A stretch of DNA of 64,000 nucleotides. It comes from the human T2T-CHM13v2.0 reference genome, Homo sapiens. Where the stretch lies: assembly GCF_009914755.1 (NCBI RefSeq), contig NC_060926.1; one strand, 5' to 3'. The translations under genes and the position numbers were made by a program. The first letter of the stretch is position 1, and each line of letters starts with the position of its first letter. The notes beneath the pieces are model-generated. The model ran no database searches. It worked only from the letters and a program-made list of their open reading frames with translations, and was not told the origin of the DNA. Shown one piece after another: positions 25,300 to 40,523 of this stretch.

Positions 25300-26671
25300 C
25301 CCCTCTTTAAACCTCTTTTTTTGATTATTAAACAAGTAGAAGAAACAAGGTCAAAAGTTAAAACTTGAACTTATATGTTTGGCAAGATATTTTCACTGAA
25401 TATGGAATGCTGATTTACTTATTTTCTTTTCACACTTTAAACATTTAGTTTGTCTTCTGATCTCCATTGTCTCTGAAAAGCTGTCAGCCACAATTCGAAT
25501 TGCCTTTTCTCTCTATATAAAGTATCGTTCTCTTGTTGCTTTCAAGATAATCTGTTTTTTTAATTTACATTTGGTAATATGTTAAGTAAATTGTTCTTGC
25601 AACTTACGAGTAAATATAAAAAATCAGAAATATTTGTAAAAGTTTTATTAATTATGGCTTCCACATTTACGTTGAATACATATTTCAAAAATAACTTAAA
25701 TAATATACATGAAAATCACAGGATTTTTGTGTGCTATATTTAAATTGTCAATATAACAATATACTTTTTTGTAAGAATGTACAATCTGAATTGTTGGTTG
25801 GGCAAGTCTTAGATATTTACCCAAAAGAATGATGTTCATCTACTATCATGTAATCAAATTATAGATTCAGTGTCTGGTTAAAATTATAACAAATTCAAAT
25901 AAATTAAGTAAGGAGGGGTACTATAAATTCCCAGCATATTGTTATATTTAACATATATCTTAAACATGTGTGCCACTGCCAGACAAATATTTATGGTATC
26001 GTGCAGGTAATGTAATATCTGCAGAGTTTCTGTCTGTAACTTGAACTCCAAGGATGTAGCTCTTCCTGTCAAAAAAGGTCTGTTTCTGCATTTTCTATTC
26101 TATTTCATTGATTTTTACACCAAATACTACTACTCACTCCATTAATGTAATTTTTTGGTAAGTCTTTAAACTAGATAGTATTAGTTTTCCAATTCTGCTT
26201 TTCTTTAGAATTTAGATTCAGTTTATAAATTTTCACCAAAAAATAAAAATAATTTAAAAACTTGCTCATAGGCTTCATTGGTATTGCATTGGATCCATAA
26301 ATTAGTTGGAAAAAACTGCCACCTTTAACAGTTCTGAGCCTTCCAATCCATGAGCATGGTATGTCTATTTATTTTTATTTTTATATTGTTTATTTCTGTT
26401 AACATTGTATGGTTCTTTTTACTCTACAGGTCTTGTAAATATTTTGTTAGGTTATGTATATCTAAGTTTTTTGGGTTTTTCAGTGATATCATAAAATGAT
26501 ACAATTTGTTAAATGTTTAAAGTTAAAGCATTTGTGGCTAAAATATTAAAAAGAGCCTGAGTTTTAAAATTAGACCATGTTTCCTGTGACTTTCACTGAC
26601 TATTTCTAGGAGAGTTTTTATAGAATAGGTAGGATTTTCTTTGTACATGATTATATAATTATGTTGTCTGA

Positions 26672-27250
<579 letters not shown>

Positions 27251-29099
27251 TTCTAGAATTATTACTTTTTTCTTATTTATCTTATTAACAAGGTAAATTA
27301 ATAGATCTTCAATGGTTAATCCAATTTTGTATTTCTGGCGCAAATTCCAATTGATCATGATTTTTTATCTTTTTGATATATTGCTGGGCTTGATTTCCTA
27401 ATATTTAAAGATTTTTGCATCTAATTTCAGTTCATAGGGGTATCAAACTCTAATATTGTTTTCTTGTAATGTTTTTGCCTAGTTTTAGTTTAAGGTTGAT
27501 ACTGCCCTCATTAGATGAGTTGGAAAGTATTCACATATTCTATTACTGGAAAAATGAATTTATAGAATTGTTATATTTTTTTCTTTACCTTTGATAGAAT
27601 TCATCAGTGTTGCCACCTAAGACTGGAATTCTTTTGTGAAAACATTTTTAATTACAAATTCAATTTCATTATTGGATATAAAGCCATCTATTTTTAAATG
27701 CTTTTTTTTCTTGAGTCAGTTTTTCCTTTTCCTTTTTGCTATTTTTTACTTTTAAATTTTTTAAATACTTAATTTAAATTTTATTAAAATTTTTATTAAA
27801 CAATTTTGCACTCTGATTTTTAATTTTTATAATTTTGTGCCAATTTTGCTATTTTTTGCCTTTTGTTCATTTTTTTTTCTTTTTTCCCCCTTGGGTCAGT
27901 TTGCATTTTAGGGAATTTTCATCTAATATTCACCTGAAGTATTATCCATTTTATCTTTGTATCTTTCACTTTATTACTCATGGACCAGCCTGATATATTC
28001 ATAACATGTTTTTAAAGTTGATTTAGAGTAGGCTTTACTCAAGTGTAGTCTGGCTCTGCCTTTCTGGGGTACTACCTAAGGCCTCAGTTACCCAATGAGG
28101 TCTTTCCGTTCTGCATAATGGAAACTCCCAGCATTGTGTGAGCTCTGGGAATTGTTCAACTTGCAGCTCCTTGATAACTGATCATAGTTTGTTTCATAAA
28201 GTTTCTCTCTGCACATGCATACATTATTATTCAGCGACAGATTGAAGGCAACTCTTGTGAATATTTCAGAAGCTCTTTCCTTCTAGTTTCTTGCTCTTTG
28301 GTATTCCATCCTGCAAATTCAAGCTGCCTCATCCCAACCCCATTTCCCAAATTATGATTTCTTTCTCTCCGGAATCCCTCCATCCCCCATGCTATGATTC
28401 AGAAAGTGACTCCATGAAGAAAGCAAGGGATGTTATAGAGCTCACTTCACTTATTTCTTTTCTCTTAGGCTTAACAGTTCTATGTCATCTTTTGTCCAAT
28501 ATCTGAAATCAGTTGTTTTACATTTGGTCTATTTTTCTAATCATCTACAACAATAGGGCTGGATTAATACCAGTTACTCCATCATGACAGAAATAGAAAA
28601 ACTACAAATATCAATGTGTTTAATAGTGTTAATTCTATATAAATTAGAATCTTTCCAAGTCCAGGGAGATTAAACATCTTTTCTCAATTACTCACCCATG
28701 TTTAAGAAGTCACAAATCGTATGGTTAAGCCTTCTTAACACTGAAGACTTTTCTTCACTAACACTTATAGCTGATATATTCAATTTTTCTGGCTGAATAT
28801 TTCTTGATAGTATCTCAAATACACTTATTTTCTTTTCCAATCCCCCTTTAAATATACTCATCTTGGACAACTGCCAAGATCTCCTGACTATTGTTCTTGA
28901 CTCATGTTTCTTTCTTTTTACCCATATCACAGATAATTTCAAAATTACAATTCTTTCAGTATCACTTCTGTCATGGCGCTTGTGTATTCTATCTGATCAA
29001 CTATCTAGAATATCTTTTTGGCCTGCTAGTTCAAATATTACCTCTCTATACCTCCACAGGAATTATACATGTACAGCATAAAAGACCAAGCAGGACTAG

Positions 29100-30130
29100 T
29101 AGACATTTATGTATTAACTCATTCAATCATCTAACACTTCTAATATACCAAGTTCTTAGTTATGCATTGGTTATTCAAAAGCAACACTATCTGGCAGGGA
29201 CCCAAACAAATAAATACAAAAATTAAGACAGTGCAAAGATAAAAATAAAAGTGTTCAGAGTAAATTTTACCATTGCACACAAGACATTTAGTGAGAGCTT
29301 CATAGCATTAACGTGAGTGTCAGTGGAGAGGGCATTTCAGGCAAAGAAAATGGCATGAGAACAGGAACACAGGAGGAACATAGCATGATGTAAGTGGGAA
29401 CTACAGACGGTGTATAGGTTGCATGAGCATAAAGTAAAAGGCAGAGGGTAATAGGAGATCTGGCTAGAGTACAAGAAGGAGCAAGCTCAAGGAAGCAATG
29501 TTTATCATATTCTAAAGACTGAATTTTAACAAATTACTGAATAAATTTTAATCAAGGGAATTCCATGTTCAGATTTTTGTTTTTAAAACAATCCTCATTC
29601 TAGAAATATTATTAAAGATAAATTTTAGTGGAACAGGAATGGAGTCAGGAAAGTTGTTAAGTGAGAGTCTAGACAAGTGATGACGAGTTAGACTATGCTA
29701 GCTGTGATGAAGATAAGAGAGGAAAAAGGAATGGGAAACCTAACATTAGGTAGTAATTTATAGGAACTGAAAGGTGAAGAAGTACCTATGTATTAAATTT
29801 GGCTCTTACTCTTCTAGATTTGGTGACAGCTGGGTGGATAATTGTGTTATCTATGTGAGATAGAACATAAAAGGAGGAACAAATTGAAGAATTATTTTAA
29901 AATTATTAGTTCAGGCTTGTATAAACCGAAATCTGAAGTACCCATGGGACAGCCAGTTATAACAGTCACATATATCATTAGATATGAGTCAAGAGTATAT
30001 TGATAAAGAATTGAAAAACATCTTCCCATAGTAGGTAGCTGGAACTATGAGAAGGGGTAAAGTACCCAATAGACAATGTGTGAAGAGAAAGAGCAGGATT
30101 TTCAGCATTCAGAAGTCAGGCCAGGGCACA
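29100..30130 (-). mobile_element. L2 fragment
   Basis: 'ctcattcaatcatc', 'gagagggcatttcaggcaaagaaaatggcatg', 'ccatgttcagatttttgttttt'. Confidence 0.65.
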
Positions 30131-33100
30131 GAAGCACAGTATTTCAGCTGAAATAAAAATAACTTGGCTATAAAAGATCATTCATAGTTCTACTCTATGT
30201 TCACTTGAGGTAAGGGATATAAAATATGTATTTAGTTAAGGTTGTTGTTGGCTTTATCCTATGATATGGTAAACAGCTGATCTACTGAAGACCTAGCAAA
30301 CTCAGGAAGTTGAGGTGAACCTCTGTTTCAATTTTCCCAGCAGTATACTCTGCACCCATTCCAAAAACTGAAGAATTCATGTCTCAAATTCTTAGTCCTT
30401 TTAAAGGCCCCGCTCTTGATTTGTGGTAAAGTGTGGAACACCCTATACTTCTTCCACCTTGGGAGAGGTTATGACTTAAAGTATTATTAACTAACAACTC
30501 TCTCCAAACTGTTTTCCCTCAATCTCCTCTCTAATATTTTATTTTTTTATATTTTATTTATTTACTTATTTAACATTTCTCAACGTGAACAAGGGCTTCA
30601 TGAGTCATCTGATTCTTGTTTTCTTTTTTAAAATGATTCTGTATCTGTTTTGTTGTATGATCTCTCTTGTTTCTTGGTGGCTTGGTCAAAATGTCTGCTG
30701 TAACAAAGTACATATCTGTCTTTTTCACAAGAGCATGAGATTCTGAATGAGAGAGGTGGTATCTTTTCACCTTTGTGTCACCAGTCTGTAGCACAAGGTG
30801 AGGACTGAGAAAACAGTGATGTTTAAGTCATCTCGGGGGAGAGGGTGACATTTTAAAATATGAAATCTGGTACCCTGTTTGGTAGATTCAAAGTCCCAAT
30901 TAGAGAAAAGTATATTTAATTGGGCAGAGGTAGTGTCTCTTCAATTCAGAGAAATAATAAATTGAGTTAATAGATATTTTTTAATTCAATGATTTGAAGT
31001 TGCTGATGGATCCCTAGTGAAAACCTCATATTACAGAGCTTTATGAATGAATGTTACAAAAAAGAGATGGGGGCTTAGAGTTGAAAAGGGTGACAAAAAT
31101 AATTATGTAAGTATTTTACTGTGAAAGACTTTTACAGATTAAAGTAAATTTTACATTTTTCAAATAAAACCTCATCTATCTAAAAATCTAAGTGTCTTTA
31201 AATGAAATACTGGCTAATGTCTTAGGAAATGGTGGGCATTTTTTCATGAATAAGTAAACAAATGTTAGCCTTGAATTCAATTCCCTTCTGAATTTCTTTA
31301 CCACCATACACAACGACGCAGCCTACTTTCGAAACTAAAATCTGAAATAGAGATATCTTATTCAAGAGACCAACATAGTTCATTTTTCATTCTGATGGAT
31401 ATCTCATTTATTAGGCACAGAATTCACTGTGCTCCAGTGCCAAGAATTACTAAGCAACAGAACATATGTAGGCGGATGTGATGTTTGCATATTCACACAA
31501 TATGACATTTACACCAAGATCAGAAGTATATTATTGCTGAAAAAGAGGCACAGTGGCAAATGAGAGGTAGTAATATTCTTTTTTTGATAAGGTACCATTC
31601 ACAAAAGTATCTTTATGATCTTAACAAATAACCCTCTGCTATAGAAAACAAGCAAATCCAGAGTGACATTTAAAACTTCTCGAGTTTAGTTTTTCCTAAA
31701 TGCCAGGAAGGAAAACATACTGCTTGAAACGTGTTTTTATGCCTTCTATAGTATAACACCTAGTATGGCGTGAATACAAGAATTGCCTATCAGCCTGAGC
31801 TGAATACTAACTGTTTTACAGCATCAAAATTAGGAAATATTCTGGAGTGTTCTACTCAAGACATTTCCCTGGGGACCCTGGAACTTGGCAAACTGTCTCT
31901 GATAAGCAGCTACTTCTATCTTTCTCTATGCTGAATACAGGAACCAAATATGAGGACAAGGTTGAATGTCCGAGTAAACATGACTATTAAAAAAAGAATG
32001 TTCCCAAAGCCAAATAAGACAAGAGGCAGCCCGTTCAAACTGATGTATAGTTTAAGGAAGTGACTCCAACACAGCGTCCCTTACAGCCAACCTATGACAT
32101 GCCCATTTCAGTTGTACACCAACTTTTAGTACAATTCACAGACAGATCAAATGAATGAAGAGAGGTTTTTGGAGGAAACTCTCCCAGAACATCTCCCAGA
32201 ACATGATGGGCTATTCTGTAGGCATATCAAAAGGCTTTCATGAAGCACAATATTCTATGTAGGTGAAAATTTTGAGTTAATAGGTAAACACATTTTTAAA
32301 ACATCAAACATTTCTTTATAATCTTGTCTAAATATCCTCAATTGAGACCTTTTATGAGTTGATGGGCATAGATTTCTAGAAAGAAGGGTTTCCTCTGGTA
32401 GTATTCTTTCATAATAGATGTATTTGCTAAACTTGTTTTTAATAAAGCAAAAGATTCTGAGAACTGGACTCCTTTCTTCCTTCCCAGTGAGTAGATTCTA
32501 CAAGAGCTTTCCTAATTTGCTTAACTGTTTAAATATGACAGCTGTGTCTCTTAGGGGAACCACCCCCACCCCAACTCCTCAGCATGTGTAACCTTCAAAT
32601 TAAGTGACCAAAGTCTTATTTGAAGACACCTGGGAAAGCAATCTTTGTTCCTATGCAGGGAGACTCAAGGTTCATTATAAACTTGCTACTACCTTGGCAT
32701 AAAAATGTATGTTGGGTCCTAAACTGGAGTTTACAAAAGGAACAAGAAAATTAAAAGTAAGCTAACAACTGCTGATCATAGTTTTTCTTTCTTTCTTTCT
32801 TTCTTTTTTTTTTTAGAAGTGCTATATGTTTTCTGATCACAATGGTCTGTCAACAGCATGACAGCACCACTATCAGTAGACATTTCCATTAGTATTGCAG
32901 GAATATGATAGCTATCATCACATGGAAAGCTCAACAGTCATGAGAATCGCTAGAATGCAGCTCAGTGCACTGTTCCCATGTACTCTGCCAACTAAATTGA
33001 TTTCTACAGCTGGGAGTAGTGGACCTATCAAAAAGTTTCTAATCTCTCCTGAATTTAGATAAACCTGTGCATTATATCTTTTTTTAAAAAGTTCAATTTA

Positions 33101-33959
33101 AAAGAATTTGATCTTAAGATCTTAAAGTAGAAAATTAAACAATTTTTATTTTTCTGACGAGGTCACAAAAGATCATCCTGTGAACAAAGCAAATGTATAC
33201 CTGAACTACTTTCAGAAAGAAGAATATTTCTATTTTACTTCTAAACTTCAGAGACATTTAGTAAGAAAGGCCATGAGCTCTCCTGAATAAGAAGTTCCAC
33301 CCTCACCAGGAGGACCTAGCAATTATAAATACATACATCTGACATCAGAGCACCCAAATATATAAAGCAAAAAAAAAATTTTTTTCAAACACCACCAAAA
33401 AAATAAATAAATAAAAGACCATTTTCAGCAACATCACCTGGATTGCTCATTTCTGGGCTTTATCCCAGGTTTACTAAAAAAAAGTTACAAAACTGAGGCC
33501 CAGGTGTCTGCATTTTTAAGCATGCTTCTATTTCCATTTTGCTACGCTATACATTCTGGAAAATATTGGAGAAAAATTTGGAAATCAGAAATTAGTGCTA
33601 TTAGCTAAACTATTTTAATCATAATCATGTAATTTTCTTTTTCAGGAACAATAGGAAAGTTTATCAAATACAAGCATGAGAGCATATAATTCCAAAAAAA
33701 AAAAAAAAACAGACTTTTTAAAATCCACCTAAGAGCATCATGATATCTTCCTTTCCCTCTCAGAAATCCATGCATATCAAATGGATATTATTTAAATTAG
33801 CTTTTTAGAAATAGGTAATATCCATTGAGTGAATAGAATCAGTATAGGTTCCCTGTTAGAGATTTACTAGTAATATAACTAAGTAAAATGAAAACAAAAC
33901 TTAAAAATTAAAGAAAAAAAAAAGGTTGAAATGTCAACACCAGCAGAATATTTTAATTC

Positions 33960-34100
33960 AACAGTAGGCAAACCATATCCCCCAGACCAAATCTGGCCCA
34001 CTACCGATTTTTTATAGTTATTGGGCAAAAATGATTTTTAAATTTCTAAATGGTTGAAAACTTATAAGGTACATCAATATTTTATGGTTTTCTATTAAAG
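33960..34100. mobile_element. MER58B-like fragment
   Basis: 'ggcaaaccatatcccccagaccaaatctggcccactacc...aaatttctaaatggttgaaaa'. Confidence 0.6.
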
Positions 34101-34265
34101 TGGGCTGTCTTATAGCCACTCTTCTATTTCTTTGCACCAGGGTGACCTCCCTGTTGCCCAGGTCTCCTATTTGGAGGAGAGCATCATATCTTCCTTTCCC
34201 TCTCATTAAAGCTTGTTTTGAATCCCATTTGTCAAAGCCTGTGTTTCCTAGGAGCAATGCTTTTT

Positions 34266-35120
34266 TGTTGTTTTGTAATTTTATTTTAAGTTCTGGGATA
34301 CATGTGCAGGATGTGCAGGTTTGTTACATAGGTAAACGTGTGCCATGGTGGTTTGCTACACCTATCAACCCATCACCTAGGTATTAAGCCCAACATGCAT
34401 GAGCTATTTAGCCTGATGCTCTCCCTCCTACCCTGGCCCCAACAGGCCCCAGTGTGTGTTGTTCCCCTCCCTGTGTTCATTTGTTCTGTGTTCAGCTCCC
34501 ACTTGTAAGTGAGAACGTGCAGTGTTTGATTTCTGTCCTTGTGTTGGTTTGCTGAGGATAATGAGTTGCCTCTCCAATCATGTACTTGCAAAGGATATGA
34601 TCTCATTCCTTTCTATGAGTTCACAGTATTTCATGGTGTATATGTACCACATTTTCTTTATCCAGTCTATCATTGATGGGCATGTGGGTTTATTCCATGT
34701 CTTTGCTCTTGTGAAGAGTGCTGCAATGAACATATGCATGCCTGTATCTTTATGATTATATTCCTGAATGATCTATATTCCTTTGGTTATATACCCAGTA
34801 ATGGGATTGCTGAGTTAAATGATATTTCTGGTTCTAGAACCTTGAGGAATTGCCACACTGTCTTCCACAGTGGTTGAACTAATTTACATTCCCACCCACA
34901 GCATAAAAGCGTTCCTATTTCTCCACAGCCTCACCAGAATCTGTTGTTTCTTGACTTCTGAATAATTGCCATTCTGACTGGCATGAAATGCTATCTCACT
35001 GTGGTTTTGATTTGCATTTCTCTAATGATCAGTGATGTTGAGCTTTTTTTCCATGTTTGTTGGCTGCATAAATGTCTTCTTTTGAGAAGTGTCTATTCAT
35101 GTCCCTTGCCCACTTTTTGA
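34266..35120 (-). mobile_element. L1PA (PA8-PA10-like) 3' end: non-inverted arm of a twin-primed insertion
   Basis: 'ttaagttctgggatacatgtgcaggatgtgcaggtttgttacataggtaaacgtgtgccatggtgg' through 'cttgcccactttttga'. Confidence 0.95.
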
Positions 35121-35979
35121 AGGACCTCTTCAAGGACAACTTCAAAGCACTGTTCAAGTAAATCAGAGAGGACAAAAACAAATGGAAAAACATTCCATGC
35201 TCATGGATAGGAAGAACTGATATCATGAAAATGGCCAAACTGACCAAAGTAATTTATAGATTCAGTGCTATTCCCATGAAACTACCATTGACATTATTTG
35301 CAGAACTAGAAAAAACTACTTTCAAATTCATATGGACCCTAATAAGAGCCCATATAGCCAAGACAATCCTAAGGAGAAAGAACAAAGCTGGAGGCATCAT
35401 ACTTCCTGACTTTAAACTATACTAGAAGGCTGCAGTATCCAAAACAGCATTGTACTAGTACCAAAAGAGACACATAGACCAATGGAACAGAATAGAGATC
35501 TCAGAAATAAGACCACACATCTACAACCATCTGATCTTCAACAAACCTGCCAAAAACAAGCAATGGGCAAAGAATTCCGTATTTAATAAATGGTGCTGGG
35601 AAAACTAGTTAGCCATATGCAGAAAGTTGAAACTGGACCTCTTTCTTAACACTTCATACAAAAATTAACTCAAGGTGGATTAAAGACTTAAATGTAAAAC
35701 CCAAAACTATAAAAACCCTAGAAGAAAATCTAGGCAATACCATTCAGAACAGAGGCACGGGCAAAGATTTCATGACAAAAACATGAAAGGCAATTGCAAC
35801 AGAAGCAAAAATTGAAAAATGGGACCCAATTAAACTAAAGAGCTTCTGCACAGCAAAAGAAACTATCATCAGAGTGAACAGACAACCTACGGAATAAGAG
35901 AAAAATTTTGCAATCTACCCATCCATCTGACAGAGGTCTAATATCCAGAATCTACAAGGAACTTAAACAAATTTACAAG
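35118..35979 (+). mobile_element. Inverted ORF2 arm of the same L1PA
   Basis: 'tgaaggacctcttcaagg' to 'aacaaatttacaag'; ORF '[29 protein letters not shown]...[14 protein letters not shown]'. Confidence 0.95.
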
Positions 35980-35984
35980 GAGCC

Positions 35985-36165
35985 ATAGTTTTTATGCTCC
36001 CAGGACCAGCATCACTATCTCACCTGGAACTTGTTAGAAATGCAAATGGTTGAGTCTCTCTGCAGACCTTCCAAATCAGAAACTCCGAAGGTGGGGCATA
36101 GCAAGCTTTGTTTAACCTCACCTCCACATGATTCTGATGCACTCTAATATTTGGGAAACACTGCT
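35985..36165. mobile_element. MER5A
   Basis: 'ggaccagcatcactatctcacctggaacttgttagaaatgcaaat...tgattctgatgcac...aaacactg'. Confidence 0.85.
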
Positions 36166-36304
36166 ACAGAACTGCTAGATTAGTAGGAGAAAAGATATTA
36201 ATGTATATTAATTCTGGATATCAGCTCTCACCGATAACATTTGCATTTTAATAGATATCTTCCATGCTGAAGCAAACATAGTAAAATATTAGTATAAAAA
36301 GTGC

Positions 36305-36648
36305 AGGGACCAAAGATTATCATAGACTAAGTGGCTTATAAACAAAATAATTTTATGTCTTACAGTTGCAGAGGATGAGAAGTTCAAAATCAAGGCACTG
36401 GTAGGTTCTGTGTCTGATGAATGCCCACTTCCTGGTTCATAGGAGCTGTCTTTTTGCTGTGTCCTCAAACGGTGAAAGGAAGCTAGTGAGCTTTCTGAGG
36501 TTTCTTTTGTAAGGGGGCTTTTTAAGCCCTTCATAAGGGCTCCACCCTCATGACCTAATCACTTCCCAAAGGCCCAACCTATTACCATCACTTGGGTTAG
36601 GATTTCAACACATGAATTTTGAGAAATAAAAACTTTCAATCTATTGCA
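36305..36648 (-). mobile_element. MLT1A-like MaLR LTR
   Basis: 'catagactaagtggcttataaacaa', 'gggctccaccctcatgacctaatcacttcccaaaggccc', 'ggttaggatttcaacacatgaatttt'. Confidence 0.85.
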
Positions 36649-36739
36649 GAGCCTTTTTAAAGTATGGCTTTTAAGCAACAGTGACTTACTTTGCTTGGTG
36701 CTTGTAAGAATGGTCTAGAGACGTTGACTATGTTTACAG

Positions 36740-37030
36740 TGAAATCACCTGAGGTCTTTGGTTGTTATCTTAATTGAATTAATGGGGCTGTGAGTTCCTC
36801 AGGTGATTCTAATATGTAATCAGGCTTGATCACTGCCAGCCTTGGCCATTGAGTCTTAAACTTTAGCCTGCATCAGAATTACCTGGAAGGACTGTTACAA
36901 TACAGATTGCTGGACCCACCCTGAGTTTCTGAGTCAACAGGTCTAAGATGAGGCAGAAAATTCGCATTTCCAAAATTTAGCTGCTCCTGGTCTGGGAAGA
37001 CAATCTGAGAATTTTTGTAGTGATCCCTAG
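36740..37030. mobile_element. MER5-family fragments
   Basis: 'ctcaggtgattctaatatg', 'gcatcagaattacctggaagg...cagattgctggacccacc'. Confidence 0.65.
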
Positions 37031-37558
37031 TGACCAATTCTATTTTCTGGAAGCAAAGTGGGAGGTAGTGAACCTATTGCCACATGGGATTTCAAATGCA
37101 GTCAAGGTGATATTTAAATTCATTCGTTAGGTTCCTCATACACTCCTGTAGCAAATATTGTTACCTGTGCCTTACTACCTCCTCTAGCTCATTTTTTACT
37201 CTGTAGCCAGGCTTTCTATGAACAAAAGTAAATTCAGAAGGAAATTCATTTTAATATTACACTTCATTTTCTCCAAAGTGACTTATCTAACACCTTCACT
37301 TTTTAAAACATTTCCGTATTTCATTTCAATAGCAACATCTTTACATTTAAAAGCAAAAAAGTTTCTAGAAAGTCAAATAGATAACACCAAGTACAAAATT
37401 TATGCGGTCAAGAGGATTTGCTTTATTCAGAGGGAAGCCTCCAAGTTCTTACTCTAAATCAAATTACTCCCAATTTATTTCAAATTTTAACTGGGTTGAT
37501 AATGTGTTTTCTCAGTTTGCAACAGATTAAAATCAGAAAATTGCAGGATGAGCAACTA

Positions 37559-37930
<372 letters not shown>

Positions 37931-38059
37931 AAGCAAACAGAAGAATTTAAGAGGTGAAAAACTTTAGTACACTTACATTTGAATGCTCCTAGGAAAAGGT
38001 GCATCCAGGCAAAGTTAAACTGTAGGACAGAAATGCATTGCATTAAGGCATCAAGGGCT

Positions 38060-38460
38060 AGGACAATAATCACAATACCGGCTGCTGGTGCTCTTCCATG
38101 AACTAACTTGTTAATCCTCAATCACTCTTGCAGAAGAGTCCACATAAATGACACTAAGACATTATTTAAAGCTGTCATTAATCAAAAGTTAGTTTTATTC
38201 ACTTGAGATAGTGAGATAAGTTTTCATTCACACCAGGAGCGGTGGCTTACTCCTGTAATCCCAAAACTTTGGGTTTACAGAGTCACGGTTATATTATCTT
38301 TATGCTCATTTCATAGATAAAATAAATAAATAAAATAAATAAATAAATAATAATGCATGGACAGATTAAGTTATTTGTCCAAAATCACACGGCCAAAAGG
38401 GCAGAGAGGACATCTGAACCTAGAGTTGTGCTCCACTCTATGTGCTTGACTACTCTCTAT
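38060..38460 (-). mobile_element. MIR interrupted by a 135-bp inverted duplicate and an (AAAT)n run
   Basis: 'aactaacttgttaatcctca' left of the insert; 'ctcatttcatagat...gattaagttatttgtccaaaatcacacggc...tctgaacctag' right of it, collinear with MIR. Confidence 0.65.
38139..38273. repeat. Inverted duplicate of 40009-40143 (135 bp, 6 mismatches)
   Basis: Manual base-by-base comparison with the reverse complement of 40009-40143; no gaps. Confidence 0.97.
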
Positions 38461-38571
38461 TCCTGTCTTGTCACAGCGGCTTTATTATTTATTATTTCCA
38501 TCCTCTTGAGTAAGGCAGTAACCATGGAGTGTGGTGTGTATATGGGTCGGGGGTGGTAGGTAGGTTAATGT

Positions 38572-38592
38572 TTCTCTCTGTCTCTCTCTCTG

Positions 38593-38626
<34 letters not shown>

Positions 38627-38646
38627 TCTATATATATATATACATA
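38572..38646. repeat. (CT)n(TA)n microsatellite
   Basis: Directly visible. Confidence 0.95.
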
Positions 38647-39353
38647 AAATAGTTAAAACAATATATTAAAGAAGACAATGATTGATTCAAGAGGGTATCT
38701 CAAATGCAGCTGGAAAAACACTCGAGACTTCATCTGTCTGTCCATCATTGGTCTTTATTTTAGCAGTTCTACAATTAAAAAAAAATGTGTCTCAGGAAAA
38801 AAAGTAATTTCCAGAAACTTTCTCAAGAATTTTTGAATATGTATTTTCAGAACTATTGCAAAAACAAATTTTAAAAAATGCTTTTTTATTTTCCAGTAGA
38901 GCCAAATAGATACATAGCCATTGTGATTATCAGCCAACAGCATGCAGACTCCATGGGAAATAAAATAACCATCCAAAGAAAACAGGCTTCTGTTTGTTGA
39001 ATCAAAAGAACAGTTCTATTAGCAGTGTGACAGAATTAATAAACATTTGGTTTTGCTCTAACATTCAGCCAGTGGAAAGCCACACTACAAAGCCTGCAGC
39101 ATTTCTAACGATATAGTTTTTAAACTTTTGTTTGGCAAATTAAATGTGAACATTCCAATCATCAGGACAAATAGAATTTTTTTTGTACGATTAATTAGTA
39201 AGTTAAGCATACTGCTGACAATTCCTTAAATTTCCTGAAACATTCTCTAAGACTGGATGATTTTCAATGCATATGGAAAAGAAAATTCACTTGGGAGGAA
39301 GTTGCTTTTATTTGAAGAATGTGGAATTCTTAAGGGATTAAAAAGAGAAACAA

Positions 39354-39675
<322 letters not shown>

Positions 39676-39720
39676 TTAGTTTAACCAAAGATTCAGATTT
39701 CTCTGAAAGTCCCCCATTAA

Positions 39721-40050
<330 letters not shown>

Positions 40051-40205
40051 GTGAATGAAAACTTATCTCACTATCTCAAGTGAATAAAACCAACTTTTGA
40101 TTAATGACAACTTTAAATAAGGTCTTAGTGTCATTTATGTGGAAATACACTCTTGGTTTTTCTACTGAGAAGGGAGAGGCGCTGCTTAAAGAATTATGTT
40201 GGTTG

Positions 40206-40523
<318 letters not shown>

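Noticed and set aside
25884-26072. Faint resemblance of a minus-strand ORF to a hAT transposase segment
   Set aside because: Too weak to support by eye; needs a Dfam or translated search
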